A DNA stretch of 48,036 nucleotides. Origin: Methanobacteriota archaeon. GTDB taxonomy: Archaea > Undinarchaeota > Undinarchaeia > Undinarchaeales > Undinarchaeaceae. Positions 9,400 through 17,845 of this stretch are shown one piece after another; positions within the stretch are counted from its first letter, which is position 1, and every line of letters starts with the position of its first letter. Below the pieces are notes generated by a model. The model was not told the origin of the DNA. It worked only from the letters and a program-made list of their open reading frames with translations, and did no database searches. Where the stretch lies: assembly GCA_002687935.1 (NCBI GenBank), contig NZBN01000008.1, forward strand, positions 1 to 48,036, given 5' to 3'. A program made the position numbers and the translations under genes.

Positions 9400-9816
9400 T
9401 TATTCTGACTTTTCTGAGTCAGCTACAAGTTCATGTGAACTTTCAGATACTGCCCCGATTCTTACAATTCCGACTGAAGGTGGAGAGATGAGTATTACAT
9501 CCTCTTTTATTCCTACAATGTCCCCTCCGATTGCCTGGCAGGTTCTTTGTATTCTCTTAAGCGCTCTTTTTAGCTCAAGTTTTTCCTGCATAAGCCTTGG
9601 CTTAACCTTCAGAACTATGATATTATTTCTATCTCTTAGATTATCAAGAACTCCCTCAACATCAGAAAAATCATTCATAGACAAAACTCTGATTGAAGTG
9701 CTTGACTGCGGTTCGTGACCCTTCCAGTCGATTTCAACAAATTTTGGTTCCTTCATTACTGAAGTTGGTGTTGAAGAATTCGAGCTTCTCTTGAATATGT
9801 TTTTGAATCCGGCCAT
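9400..9816 (-). CDS. sepF: Cell division protein SepF (archaeal); start reassigned to ATG 9816
   Basis: IRVLSMNDFSDVEGVLDNLRD-NIIVL...LKRALKRIQRTCQAIGGDIVGIKEDVILISPPSV; GGGAG SD upstream. Confidence 0.8.
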   Translation of the reverse strand: MAGFKNIFKRSSNSSTPTSVMKEPKFVEIDWKGHEPQSSTSIRVLSMNDFSDVEGVLDNLRDRNNIIVLKVKPRLMQEKLELKRALKRIQRTCQAIGGDIVGIKEDVILISPPSVGIVRIGAVSESSHELVADSEKSE

Positions 9817-9870
9817 CTTATTTTCTCCCATCATACACTATATACAGTTGTTATTTAAAGTTTTCCAAGG

Positions 9871-10227
9871 CTATTGGGCTCCACCCTGCTCAGGCGGCTT
9901 GAAAGAGCCCTCTAGTTTTTCCTGGATTGACTTGAGCTTGTCATTGATTGAAGATTCCTGTTTTTTTAGTGATTTAAGTCTGACATCAATCATTTCTGCC
10001 TCATCATCCAGCCCTTTTTTTGCTTTTTCTGAATCTGTTTTTAGCATAATCTGGCCAACTATTTTGTAGACCTCAGAAGGATTGTGTTGGGATATCTCTT
10101 CCAATGCTTTTTTGGTTTCAGCAAGACGCATTTCAAGTTGTGTCTTCTGAGTCAATATCATCCTGAGCTGCTGCTGATATTCCTGAAATTCCCTCAGGGA
10201 GTTTTTTGTTTCTTCTGACATATTCAT
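9871..10227 (-). CDS. pfdB: Prefoldin beta subunit
   Basis: Coiled coil, KALEEI...VYKIVGQIML, GGAGG SD; superoperon position. Confidence 0.93.
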   Translation of the reverse strand: MNMSEETKNSLREFQEYQQQLRMILTQKTQLEMRLAETKKALEEISQHNPSEVYKIVGQIMLKTDSEKAKKGLDDEAEMIDVRLKSLKKQESSINDKLKSIQEKLEGSFKPPEQGGAQ

Positions 10228-10454
10228 TTTTTATCCTCCATATTACTGTCAGCAAGCATGCCGACAAGTTTGAGATAGGAATTGATAGCCGCCCGCATTG
10301 CTGCTGCGTCTGTCGCCTCGAACTCCATCACTATTTTTCCGTCTTCAGACCCCAGCTTTACTTTGAAGCGTTCTGCGTCGTCAAGGTCAGGTTCAAGGGA
10401 AATGACGATTGCTTCTGCGTCGTCCGCTTCAACCTCAATTATTGCTTTATACAT
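10224..10454 (-). CDS. pcc1: KEOPS complex subunit Pcc1; start reassigned to ATG 10454
   Basis: ISLEPD...KIVMEFEATDAAAMRAAINSYLKLV; position between rpoP and pfdB. Confidence 0.88.
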   Translation of the reverse strand: MYKAIIEVEADDAEAIVISLEPDLDDAERFKVKLGSEDGKIVMEFEATDAAAMRAAINSYLKLVGMLADSNMEDKK

Positions 10455-10461
10455 CTTAACA

Positions 10462-10602
10462 CTATACAGCAGGAACTGTTCTGGCAACCGGCTGTCTCTT
10501 TTTGACAAAAATCTTGTAATCACACTTAACACAGCGAATTACACCAGATGCATCTCTGAGTTCCTCAGTATTTGCTCCACAGCTTACACATCTATATGCC
10601 AT
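10462..10602 (-). CDS. rpoP: RNA polymerase subunit P (Rpo12), 46 aa; not in the supplied ORF track
   Basis: Manual translation MAYRCVSCGANTEELRDASGVIRCVKCDYKIFVKKRQPVARTVPAV; two CxxC; GAGGAGG SD; canonical position after L37ae. Confidence 0.93.
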   Translation of the reverse strand: MAYRCVSCGANTEELRDASGVIRCVKCDYKIFVKKRQPVARTVPAV

Positions 10603-10903
10603 CTAGAACCTCCTCTTGAGACTGTTCTGAATCTTTTGTTTTTTGGGAAACCCCAGAAGACGAGAGTCTTGCCTTTATCTCTTCAATTGAAGAGGAAGGC
10701 GAGTAGGCCCCTGCTGAAAATTGTAGGTCGCACTTTCTGCAGCGCCACACACCAACAAATTCCCTTCGGACTTTCTTGGCTTTGCAGCTTGGGCATGGGT
10801 GCTTGGCTTTGGAATACTTTTCAATTGCAGCAGTCCTAAGCCTAACCTTACGACCATATCTCTGGCCGAATCTTCCTGCTGAGCCTACTAGTTTTGTTCT
10901 CAT
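10592..10903 (-). CDS. rpl37ae: 50S ribosomal protein L37ae (eL43)
   Basis: GSAGRFGQRYGRKVR, CPSC...GVWRCRKC, GAYSP. Confidence 0.96.
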   Translation of the reverse strand: MRTKLVGSAGRFGQRYGRKVRLRTAAIEKYSKAKHPCPSCKAKKVRREFVGVWRCRKCDLQFSAGAYSPSSSIEEIKARLSSSGVSQKTKDSEQSQEEVLDGI

Positions 10904-10907
10904 TGTC

Positions 10908-11660
10908 TTATTTTAGAAGCTTTCTTGTTTCCTTGGATCGTTTTGCTGCTATCTTGACACAGGAAAGAATTTCCTCTGTAGTCCAGTTGTTTGAACCAGC
11001 TTTCTGCATTGCGCAGACATTGCCCTTGTCCTCAAGAGTAACGGTGAAACGTGCGTCAAGAACCTTCTCTTCATCGAGAGAGGGATCCAGCAGTATGTGC
11101 TCACCTATCTTTATAAAGGTGTTGGCAATTGGCTTCTTTACAACTGGAAGCTTTCCAAATTCTTCATCATCTACGTTGTGCAGAGCTGCAACACCTGCAA
11201 GAGATGCTGCATCGATTGGATTCCCTGAATAATTGAGAGTCCATAGATCCACAAAGACAGATCTTACTTCAACGCCTGATTCAATAACAAGCTTGTCCAT
11301 TTCAATGGCCTTAGACTCGCGAATTCCGCGATCGACAACCCTTGACAACTCTATATCGTTGTCGCTTGGCGGGCCCAGTGAGAAGTGCTCGTAAGACAGA
11401 GGAGTCAATTCAGCGCTAACTGAAAGAGTTCCACTGTCTGGAGAGTCAGGATAAGGTTCCATTTTTCCAAGTGAAATTCCTGCCGCAACTTCCATTTTTC
11501 CAAGTTTTACATTAGCGGAGCCTTTTGCCCTGCCATACAGACCTGTTTCAATTATGATTGGTCTGATTTCGTCAAACTTTCTTCCGTCGAGACGCTTACC
11601 AGCATCGGCAAGAGCCAGAACGTGTTCTCTTTCAATTTTAGAAATTATTGCTCTACTCAT
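10908..11660 (-). CDS. rrp42: Exosome complex component Rrp42
   Basis: [54 protein letters not shown]. Confidence 0.95.
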   Translation of the reverse strand: MSRAIISKIEREHVLALADAGKRLDGRKFDEIRPIIIETGLYGRAKGSANVKLGKMEVAAGISLGKMEPYPDSPDSGTLSVSAELTPLSYEHFSLGPPSDNDIELSRVVDRGIRESKAIEMDKLVIESGVEVRSVFVDLWTLNYSGNPIDAASLAGVAALHNVDDEEFGKLPVVKKPIANTFIKIGEHILLDPSLDEEKVLDARFTVTLEDKGNVCAMQKAGSNNWTTEEILSCVKIAAKRSKETRKLLK

Positions 11661-12372
11661 TTTTGTATCTCCTCTTCAGAGCATCTTTCTGAAGTCCATA
11701 TATTGTTTTGCAACCATCTATTGCATATTTGAGTGCCTGTTCGAACTCGTCTTCTGTCATCAAGCCATCCATTTGTAGGAGGGTGATTTCGTCGAGTCCG
11801 GCGGCATATGCAACAGGCAAATCAGCCTGACCTGTATTGTCCTCTATTCCGTTTAGGTCGAGAACAACAGTATCATCTATTTTACCTGCGGCGCATGAGG
11901 CGACCATGTCGCGCATCTTTATTCCCGCATCAGCAAGAGCAACAGATGCTGCTGTAAGACCAGTAACTCTTGTACCTGCATCTGCTTGTAGAATTTCTAT
12001 GTGCAGTCTTATTGCAGACTGTGCATAGTCCTCTACATATATTACAGATTCAAGGGCTTCTTTGGTAACCTTTGCAATTTCCTTGGACCTTCTGTCAGGA
12101 CCAGGTCTTTTTCTGTCCGGAACCGAGAAAGGTGCCATTTCATATTGTGTCTGAAGGACAACGCGGTCCGGAAGCATTTTGTGCCTTGGATGCATTTCCA
12201 CAGGACCGTACACAGCAGCAAGTACATGTGAACCGCCCATTTCAACATATGCAGAACCGTCAGCCTGTTCAAGGACTCCGGCTTCTATCTTGACTGATCT
12301 TAGTTCGTCGAACTTTCGACCATCGAGACGCTTTCCATCCACTATAAGGGCTTCTCCGTTTGATGATCCCAT
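11653..12372 (-). CDS. rrp41: Exosome complex exonuclease Rrp41
   Basis: [59 protein letters not shown]. Confidence 0.97.
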   Translation of the reverse strand: MGSSNGEALIVDGKRLDGRKFDELRSVKIEAGVLEQADGSAYVEMGGSHVLAAVYGPVEMHPRHKMLPDRVVLQTQYEMAPFSVPDRKRPGPDRRSKEIAKVTKEALESVIYVEDYAQSAIRLHIEILQADAGTRVTGLTAASVALADAGIKMRDMVASCAAGKIDDTVVLDLNGIEDNTGQADLPVAYAAGLDEITLLQMDGLMTEDEFEQALKYAIDGCKTIYGLQKDALKRRYKNE

Positions 12373-13130
12373 TATTCTTCAGCCTCCTTTGATTCTTCAG
12401 TTTCAGCTTCAGGTTCTTTTGACCCTACAGGCTTTGGTTTCAGGGAAGATTTGTTTCCGGTTGATTTCTCCAGAAATTCCCTGATGTTTTCAGTTAATCC
12501 AGGCATATGAGCTTTGCTTTCGATAAGTCTTATCGCTTCTACAGCGAGTTCTTCATTATCTCCACTAAGCCATACACGGCCATTTTGACCTACAGTTATC
12601 TTGCAGCCAGTCATGTCCTTTATCATCTGGACCATTGTTCCTTTTCTTCCTATTACACGAGGAACTTTCGTAGAAGTAATAGTTATAATTCGGCCGCCGT
12701 TAAGCTTGTATAGACCGCGATCCTTCATTGTCAGACCTGCGTTCATTGCCTTAGATACATTCATTACTTTTGCAACAACTGTATCTCCAATTCCATATAT
12801 CTTGGATATATCTTCGTCATCAAGATTAACAAAGTAATCTGTTCCATTAGCCACAGTCAAAACTCCGCCATAAGCTGAGTTGAGGTCTAGTGACCAGTGT
12901 GAGAACGAGATGTCTTTGACAACTCCGATGACAACATCCCTTGGCTTTGGTATATATCTACCATTAAGCGCTATCACCTTGATGAAATTCTCTTTAGAAT
13001 CTACAAGGCCCAGGATGTTCGAATGTACATTTTTTCCACTCTTGTAGGTGCCTTCACCAAGCAAGAGGTCTCCAGTTCCTAGAAGTTCTCCAGGAACTAC
13101 AATATCTCTATTTTTTATTTTCAATGTCAT
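12372..13130 (-). CDS. rrp4: Exosome RNA-binding cap protein Rrp4; start reassigned to ATG 13130
   Basis: [19 protein letters not shown] (S1), [12 protein letters not shown] and VGQNGRVW (KH); AGGAG SD before 13130. Confidence 0.95.
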   Translation of the reverse strand: MTLKIKNRDIVVPGELLGTGDLLLGEGTYKSGKNVHSNILGLVDSKENFIKVIALNGRYIPKPRDVVIGVVKDISFSHWSLDLNSAYGGVLTVANGTDYFVNLDDEDISKIYGIGDTVVAKVMNVSKAMNAGLTMKDRGLYKLNGGRIITITSTKVPRVIGRKGTMVQMIKDMTGCKITVGQNGRVWLSGDNEELAVEAIRLIESKAHMPGLTENIREFLEKSTGNKSSLKPKPVGSKEPEAETEESKEAEE

Positions 13131-13155
13131 TTTTTCTCCTTTTGTTTTTTTGTTT

Positions 13156-13851
13156 TTATTTCTGCAATTTCTTGCATTCAAATGATCCCTGTGTGGCTCC
13201 GTTGAGCTCATTATAGAAGCTCTCCTCGACCCCCGCAGGGATTTTGATTGTTACCTTGAGGCTTCCGTCATTAAGCCACTGTTCACTTTCTATTCCAAAA
13301 TTACGCAGCATTCCATACGCTTTTCCGGTGTGAACGGCAGGCACAATAACCTCTAGCCTCAGTTTTTCTACACTGATTGGAAGAAATTTCGAAATCGCCT
13401 CTACGACCGTTTGAACTTGGTCTTCGGCTTTTCTTAGAGGATCAATATGAATCTTGGACTCTTCCATCGCCACCTCTATTCTATTAGGGGGGTGTGGATG
13501 TCCTGTCTGCGGGTTGAATGCATCCCGCGCAATGAGAGTCGATATCATCTTTTTCTTTTTATCGAGTAACTCTCTTCGCTGATCCGTCGTCAGCTGAATT
13601 TCTCCTTTCAGTACTATTTCTTTACCCACTTGTAGCGGATTTGTTGTATTAAATACTTTTTGTAAGTCCGCTTCTGGCACTCTTTCGGCTTTTCTGGCAT
13701 CAGAATAGACTTCCTGAACTGCCATAAGCTCTGATAATTCGACATCTTCACCTGCTTTTAGAGCCTGCGCTTTATCAGAATCAACCAAAACTTCAAAATG
13801 TTTTCCGCCGGATGAATACCGGGCAAGAGTAGAATCCTCAATACTTACCAT
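13156..13851 (-). CDS. Ribosome maturation factor SBDS/Sdo1
   Basis: ARYSSGGKHFEVLV, GEIQLTTDQRR, NPQTGHPHPPNRIE; superoperon position. Confidence 0.96.
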   Translation of the reverse strand: MVSIEDSTLARYSSGGKHFEVLVDSDKAQALKAGEDVELSELMAVQEVYSDARKAERVPEADLQKVFNTTNPLQVGKEIVLKGEIQLTTDQRRELLDKKKKMISTLIARDAFNPQTGHPHPPNRIEVAMEESKIHIDPLRKAEDQVQTVVEAISKFLPISVEKLRLEVIVPAVHTGKAYGMLRNFGIESEQWLNDGSLKVTIKIPAGVEESFYNELNGATQGSFECKKLQK

Positions 13852-14585
13852 TATTCCTTCTTTTTCTTTGAGCCAGAGAGTTTAGACATGTGAGACTTGC
13901 ATTCTTCCTGTGAAAGTATGTCAAACTTACCGCCTTTTTCAACATACGCGAGCTCTATATTTTGCTCGTTGAAACGGCTTGCATCCGCGCTTCGCATGCC
14001 TTTGAGGGCAAGATCTATAGCTTGGTCACGGGCCATATCATCCTTGTAATGCTTTGTAAAATAATCCCGGACCTTGTCAGAATTCTCTCCAATTGCTGCT
14101 GCCATATATTCCCAGTATGAACCGGAAGGATCTGTTTCGAAAAGCCTTGCATCTCCGTCAACACCGCCAATAAGCATAGATGTTCCAAAGGGCCTTACGC
14201 CGGCAACTTGTGTATGAAGCTGCTGATAGTCGCAAATTTCCTTTGTAAGAGAATCAACAGCCATTGATTCTTCATAAGTTATTCTGTGAGATTGAGCCAT
14301 AACTCTGGCTTTGTCCACAATCCTTCTTCCGTCTGCTACAAGACCAGATGTTGCAGCACCTATGTGCTTGTCAACTCTGTATATTTTTTCAATTGAACCA
14401 GGAACCATAAGTTTCTCGGACACGTTTTTGTCCGCGGCAAGCAGAACTCCGTCTGCATAAACAATTCCTAAAGATATTGTACCTTTCTTAACAGCTTCCC
14501 TTGCATATTCGACCTGATAGAGTCTTCCTTGTGGAGAGAAAACCGTTATCGCACGGTCATAACCCATCATCTGTGGCGGTTGCAT
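13851..14585 (-). CDS. psmA: Proteasome alpha subunit
   Basis: GYDRAITVFSPQGRLYQVEYAREAVKKG, RPFGTSMLIGG, FETDPSG; AGGAGGT SD. Confidence 0.98.
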   Translation of the reverse strand: MQPPQMMGYDRAITVFSPQGRLYQVEYAREAVKKGTISLGIVYADGVLLAADKNVSEKLMVPGSIEKIYRVDKHIGAATSGLVADGRRIVDKARVMAQSHRITYEESMAVDSLTKEICDYQQLHTQVAGVRPFGTSMLIGGVDGDARLFETDPSGSYWEYMAAAIGENSDKVRDYFTKHYKDDMARDQAIDLALKGMRSADASRFNEQNIELAYVEKGGKFDILSQEECKSHMSKLSGSKKKKE

Positions 14586-14608
14586 AATTTACCTCCTTTC
14601 TTTTAACG

Positions 14609-14962
14609 CTACTTTCGTTTTCTGTTTAAGTATTTATCCTTTGTCTTTTTAATGGTGCCGGAAACTCCGAGGACTCTGAAAGTCATAGGGGAGCCTCCAA
14701 TACTTGTTATTATGGCGAGTGATGCGATGACTTCCGTAAGTGCTTTGTTTGAGCAACGGACTATTCCACTGGATGTTTTTGAGTCATATTCTATAAGCCA
14801 GAGATTTGCATTGCTTGTTCCAAGCTCTCCAAGGAAGGAAAGGAGTGAGTTTAAGATCTTGCTGACAATCTGCTTTTCGCTTATTTTGGTCTCAGACAGT
14901 AATTCGAATGAGATATATCGCCAGTTCTCCTTTAGCGTTGGCTTAACTTTGAACTTAACCAT
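14609..14962 (-). CDS. rnp2: RNase P protein Pop5/Rpp14
   Basis: PTLKENWRYISF, GIVRC, VLGVSGTIKK. Confidence 0.92.
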   Translation of the reverse strand: MVKFKVKPTLKENWRYISFELLSETKISEKQIVSKILNSLLSFLGELGTSNANLWLIEYDSKTSSGIVRCSNKALTEVIASLAIITSIGGSPMTFRVLGVSGTIKKTKDKYLNRKRK

Positions 14963-15620
14963 TTTTAGTTATACCTTCCTTGACAGTAACACCGCTGTGC
15001 TTCCGTCTGTTTTTTTCAACAAGTTCTTTTGGAAATCCCATAACGGCTCGCTTTGCTTCAGCATTGCTCATACCCAGGACTTCTGCAAGCGCCATCATCT
15101 GACGAGGCTGTCTTAACCCATACTTGCTTGAAGCGCCAGTTGTCATGACGATATCAAGCTTGTATTTTCTTGCAAGAAGGAGATTGAACTTTATTTTTGA
15201 AAGGAGTAAAGACCTTTTTATTCCCGTGAGCTCGAGAATATCCGCAAGGTTTATTTCAAGTGCAACATTGTTCTTAGAAGCCAGTGCTGCAGAGGACTGG
15301 TCTATAAAGGCGTGTGAAATTACATCGACAAGGGAAGACTCAGCAGCGGCTCTCATAGCACGCGGGCTCTTGGTATTTATCATAAGAATATCTACGGACT
15401 CTCGGTTTTTCAATGCAGTTTTTACATCACCTGATTTGTCTGCATTCACTTCGAGAACTGAGAAAATATCAACACCTGATTCTTTTGTAGACTCTTTCAC
15501 AGCTTCGTACTGCTCTTTTTTGAAATTATTTCTAAATAGAATCCCGGCTCCGCTTATCCCAAAACTTTCAAAATCTGGAAAACCTTCCTTCAAAATAACT
15601 GAGTTGTGTAGGTCGTACAT
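14955..15620 (-). CDS. rnp3: RNase P protein Rpp30
   Basis: MYDL start, RAAAESSLVDVI, LASKNNVALEI, GASSKYGLRQPR; position between L15e and Pop5. Confidence 0.88.
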   Translation of the reverse strand: MYDLHNSVILKEGFPDFESFGISGAGILFRNNFKKEQYEAVKESTKESGVDIFSVLEVNADKSGDVKTALKNRESVDILMINTKSPRAMRAAAESSLVDVISHAFIDQSSAALASKNNVALEINLADILELTGIKRSLLLSKIKFNLLLARKYKLDIVMTTGASSKYGLRQPRQMMALAEVLGMSNAEAKRAVMGFPKELVEKNRRKHSGVTVKEGITKNG

Positions 15621-15647
15621 AATTTTCTGAGCACAGGAAGCTTTAAA

Positions 15648-16217
15648 TTAGTTTCCTCTGTTTTTATTTGCACCAAGGCTCGGTCTCGATTTCTCAACAC
15701 CATAGCCCTTCTTGTGAAGGCCTCTTCCCCTCTTTCCAGAAGAAGTAAGACCGCGGTAAACACGCTTCTTGTGCTTGTTTGAACATATCCAGTTTATTCT
15801 TGAATCTGCCACTATTTGAGGATGATAAGGATCAACAAGGATTACTTCGTACCATACGTTTTTTCCGTCGTCTCCGACCCAGTAAGAGTTTAGAACTTCC
15901 ATGTTCGGATACTTTCTTGAAACCCTGTTTTCTAAAAGTGATTGTAGGCTCTTGCCCGGAGTAACAAAACGACCGTAGCTTGTCGGCTTCCTTGCAGCTC
16001 TAGGTGCAGGACGCTTTCTGCCTCCTTTGGTCATTCTTGTTCTGACAATAGTATAACCGCCCTTTGCACGATAGCCAAGAGATCTTGCACTATCTATTCG
16101 TGTGGGACCTTCGATTCTTGTGAATCTCTGCTCGGCTCTCCACTTAAGATAGCGCTTCCTCTGAAGCTCAACATTCGGTTTTTTCCATGCCTCCCGCATG
16201 TATTTGTAGTATCCCAT
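15648..16217 (-). CDS. rpl15e: 50S ribosomal protein L15e (eL15)
   Basis: PTRIDSARSLGYRAK, LEVLNSY-like MEVLNSYWVG, WYEVILVDP, RGLTSSGKRGRGL. Confidence 0.98.
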   Translation of the reverse strand: MGYYKYMREAWKKPNVELQRKRYLKWRAEQRFTRIEGPTRIDSARSLGYRAKGGYTIVRTRMTKGGRKRPAPRAARKPTSYGRFVTPGKSLQSLLENRVSRKYPNMEVLNSYWVGDDGKNVWYEVILVDPYHPQIVADSRINWICSNKHKKRVYRGLTSSGKRGRGLHKKGYGVEKSRPSLGANKNRGN

Positions 16218-16267
16218 TTTGTGTCTCCGATTTGCACTCAGCCTGAAGCATCATAGTACGGATAGGT
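16218..16267 (-). promoter_or_regulatory. Structured L15e 5' leader containing a box C/D-type kink-turn
   Basis: Minus strand UCCG-UAC-UAU-GAUGC-UUCAG-GCUGA-GUGC-AAAU-CGGA-G: C-box-like AUGAUG and D-box CUGA, with an outer helix pairing into SD GGAG. Confidence 0.7.
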
Positions 16268-16288
16268 CATTCTTATGAGCTGTCCGAC

Positions 16289-16295
16289 TTATAAA
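16289..16295 (-). promoter_or_regulatory. TATA box of rpl15e (divergent from the promoter of ORF 16346, TATAAA at 16318-16323 on plus)
   Basis: TTTATAA on the minus strand. Confidence 0.6.
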
Positions 16296-16345
16296 GCTTT
16301 GGGAGAAGGAAAATATCTATAAAGAAGTAAAACTAAAGGCAGAAT

Positions 16346-17281
16346 ATGATTAGTCTTGAACAACTTGATACATGGGAAAAGAAAGTTCAGAAAGCGATTG
16401 AGGAAGGAAATATTGACAACTCATTTGCAAAAATATTGAAATCTATCAAAAATGTTCAAAAAGCCAAACAGGCCGGACGAGGCTTAAAACATCAGAGACC
16501 TACAGCAGAAATAAGAGAAAGGGCAGAAGAAATTTTTAACAATTTTATTGACAGTTATATAATCAGCGTCCTCGAAAAAGAAGGACAAGACATTGTAAAT
16601 GATGTAATTGGACAGAAAGGTGTGGAAGTCAGAAGTCTTTTCCACAGGAGACTTGTTAATGAATTGAATGATAGGAGGACGGTTTCGACTCAGAACTGTA
16701 TTGATTCACTAAATAGAGTTCAGGAAAGAGCTAAAGAAGAATCTGAAATTGCTGAGAGTTTGAAGTATTACGAAGCGGCTCGTTATATGAATGAAGAATA
16801 CAAGGTAAACATTTGGACTTATATGAAATTTATTGAGAAAGAGCCTGATATAGATTATGAAAGTCTTGAAAACCGCTTCTGGTGGAGAGGTGAAGGCGGA
16901 GTAAGAGACGCTAAGAATCTGAAAATTCTTGAGAATGCTTCAAAGGACAAAAAAATACCAATGAAAATGAGAGAACGTATTCTCAATATTATTAAAGCGC
17001 GAAAGTCAGGACGTGAAAAGCTGGCAATTGCAGAGACAAAGTTGGCGACATCTATTGTAAACAAGCTCTCTGAACTTTTAGAAGCCAGACCCGACATAAC
17101 CGAAAAAGAAGCATTTGACGAATTATTTAACATAGAAGGAATTGAAGAAGACAATATAAGAGAACTTATACGGATGGCCGCACGGAACCTCAGTGAAGGT
17201 GGTGAACGTGATTCAGTTGTATATAGATGTCTTGTAACGTTGTATGGAAGACCTTCAAACAAAAGACTTGTAAAAGAATAG
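16346..17281 (+). CDS. Hypothetical protein, highly charged, predicted helical; no family recognised
   Basis: 311-aa ORF filling the gap, TATAAA 22 nt upstream; no motif recognised. Confidence 0.7.
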   Translation: MISLEQLDTWEKKVQKAIEEGNIDNSFAKILKSIKNVQKAKQAGRGLKHQRPTAEIRERAEEIFNNFIDSYIISVLEKEGQDIVNDVIGQKGVEVRSLFHRRLVNELNDRRTVSTQNCIDSLNRVQERAKEESEIAESLKYYEAARYMNEEYKVNIWTYMKFIEKEPDIDYESLENRFWWRGEGGVRDAKNLKILENASKDKKIPMKMRERILNIIKARKSGREKLAIAETKLATSIVNKLSELLEARPDITEKEAFDELFNIEGIEEDNIRELIRMAARNLSEGGERDSVVYRCLVTLYGRPSNKRLVKE

Positions 17282-17318
17282 GCTAAAATATATAACTGTA
17301 TGACAGCTATTTCTGACT

Positions 17319-17792
17319 ATGGCAGTGTTCGGAGACCTCTATAGTGGATTTATGAATATGTTGATTTTTATGTTTCTGTCAATATTAGTGATAAGCCTGA
17401 TAGCAGCATTCATAATAATGAAATACGGAAAGAAAAAGGAAGAGAGTGGTGAAAAGGAATCTTCAATCCAGGTAAAATTCCTGACAACAAAAATAGGAAT
17501 AATTTTAGGAGTCCTTCTGCTGATAGCAATGATTATTGTAGGAAGCTCATTCAAAGTTGCATTATTAGTCTTTGTTGTAATAATCGCAATATCTATGATT
17601 ATAGACCTTGCAAAAAGTAGGGGGAAATCTAAGTCACCTGTTTCAAGTTCCAAGAAAACAAAGACCGCCAAAAAAACTATCAAGAGAGGAGAACAGAAAG
17701 GAGTTTTAAACCCAGAAGACCCTCGGACTGCAAAGCTTTATGCGAATTATCCCTTCCTTAAAGAGAAGGAAAATAAGAATAATAAATCTTAA
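17319..17792 (+). CDS. Hypothetical membrane protein (about 3 TM helices, basic C-terminal tail)
   Basis: Three hydrophobic stretches; TATATAA 23 nt upstream of the ATG. Confidence 0.7.
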   Translation: MAVFGDLYSGFMNMLIFMFLSILVISLIAAFIIMKYGKKKEESGEKESSIQVKFLTTKIGIILGVLLLIAMIIVGSSFKVALLVFVVIIAISMIIDLAKSRGKSKSPVSSSKKTKTAKKTIKRGEQKGVLNPEDPRTAKLYANYPFLKEKENKNNKS

Positions 17793-17845
17793 GACTTGAG
17801 GAGATTTCCGATAGGTTAAAATACATTTTTCTTCATATAATAACT

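Noticed and set aside
10282-10839. 185-aa plus-strand ORF
   Set aside because: Antisense to pcc1, rpoP and rpl37ae, which are clearly real; no motif
13131-13211. 27-aa N-terminal extension of Rrp4
   Set aside because: Overlaps the SBDS 3' end; AGGAG SD precedes ATG 13130
16238-16270. 10-codon uORF (MTYPYYDASG) spanning the L15e leader
   Set aside because: Its ATG lies only 18 nt after the TATA, shorter than the 21-24 nt seen elsewhere, so it is probably upstream of the TSS; cannot be excluded without TSS data
16218-16345. RNase P RNA or a stand-alone C/D box sRNA in this gap
   Set aside because: Far too short for RNase P RNA; only one C/D-like pair with a 5-nt loop and no guide regions, so better explained as a leader K-turn
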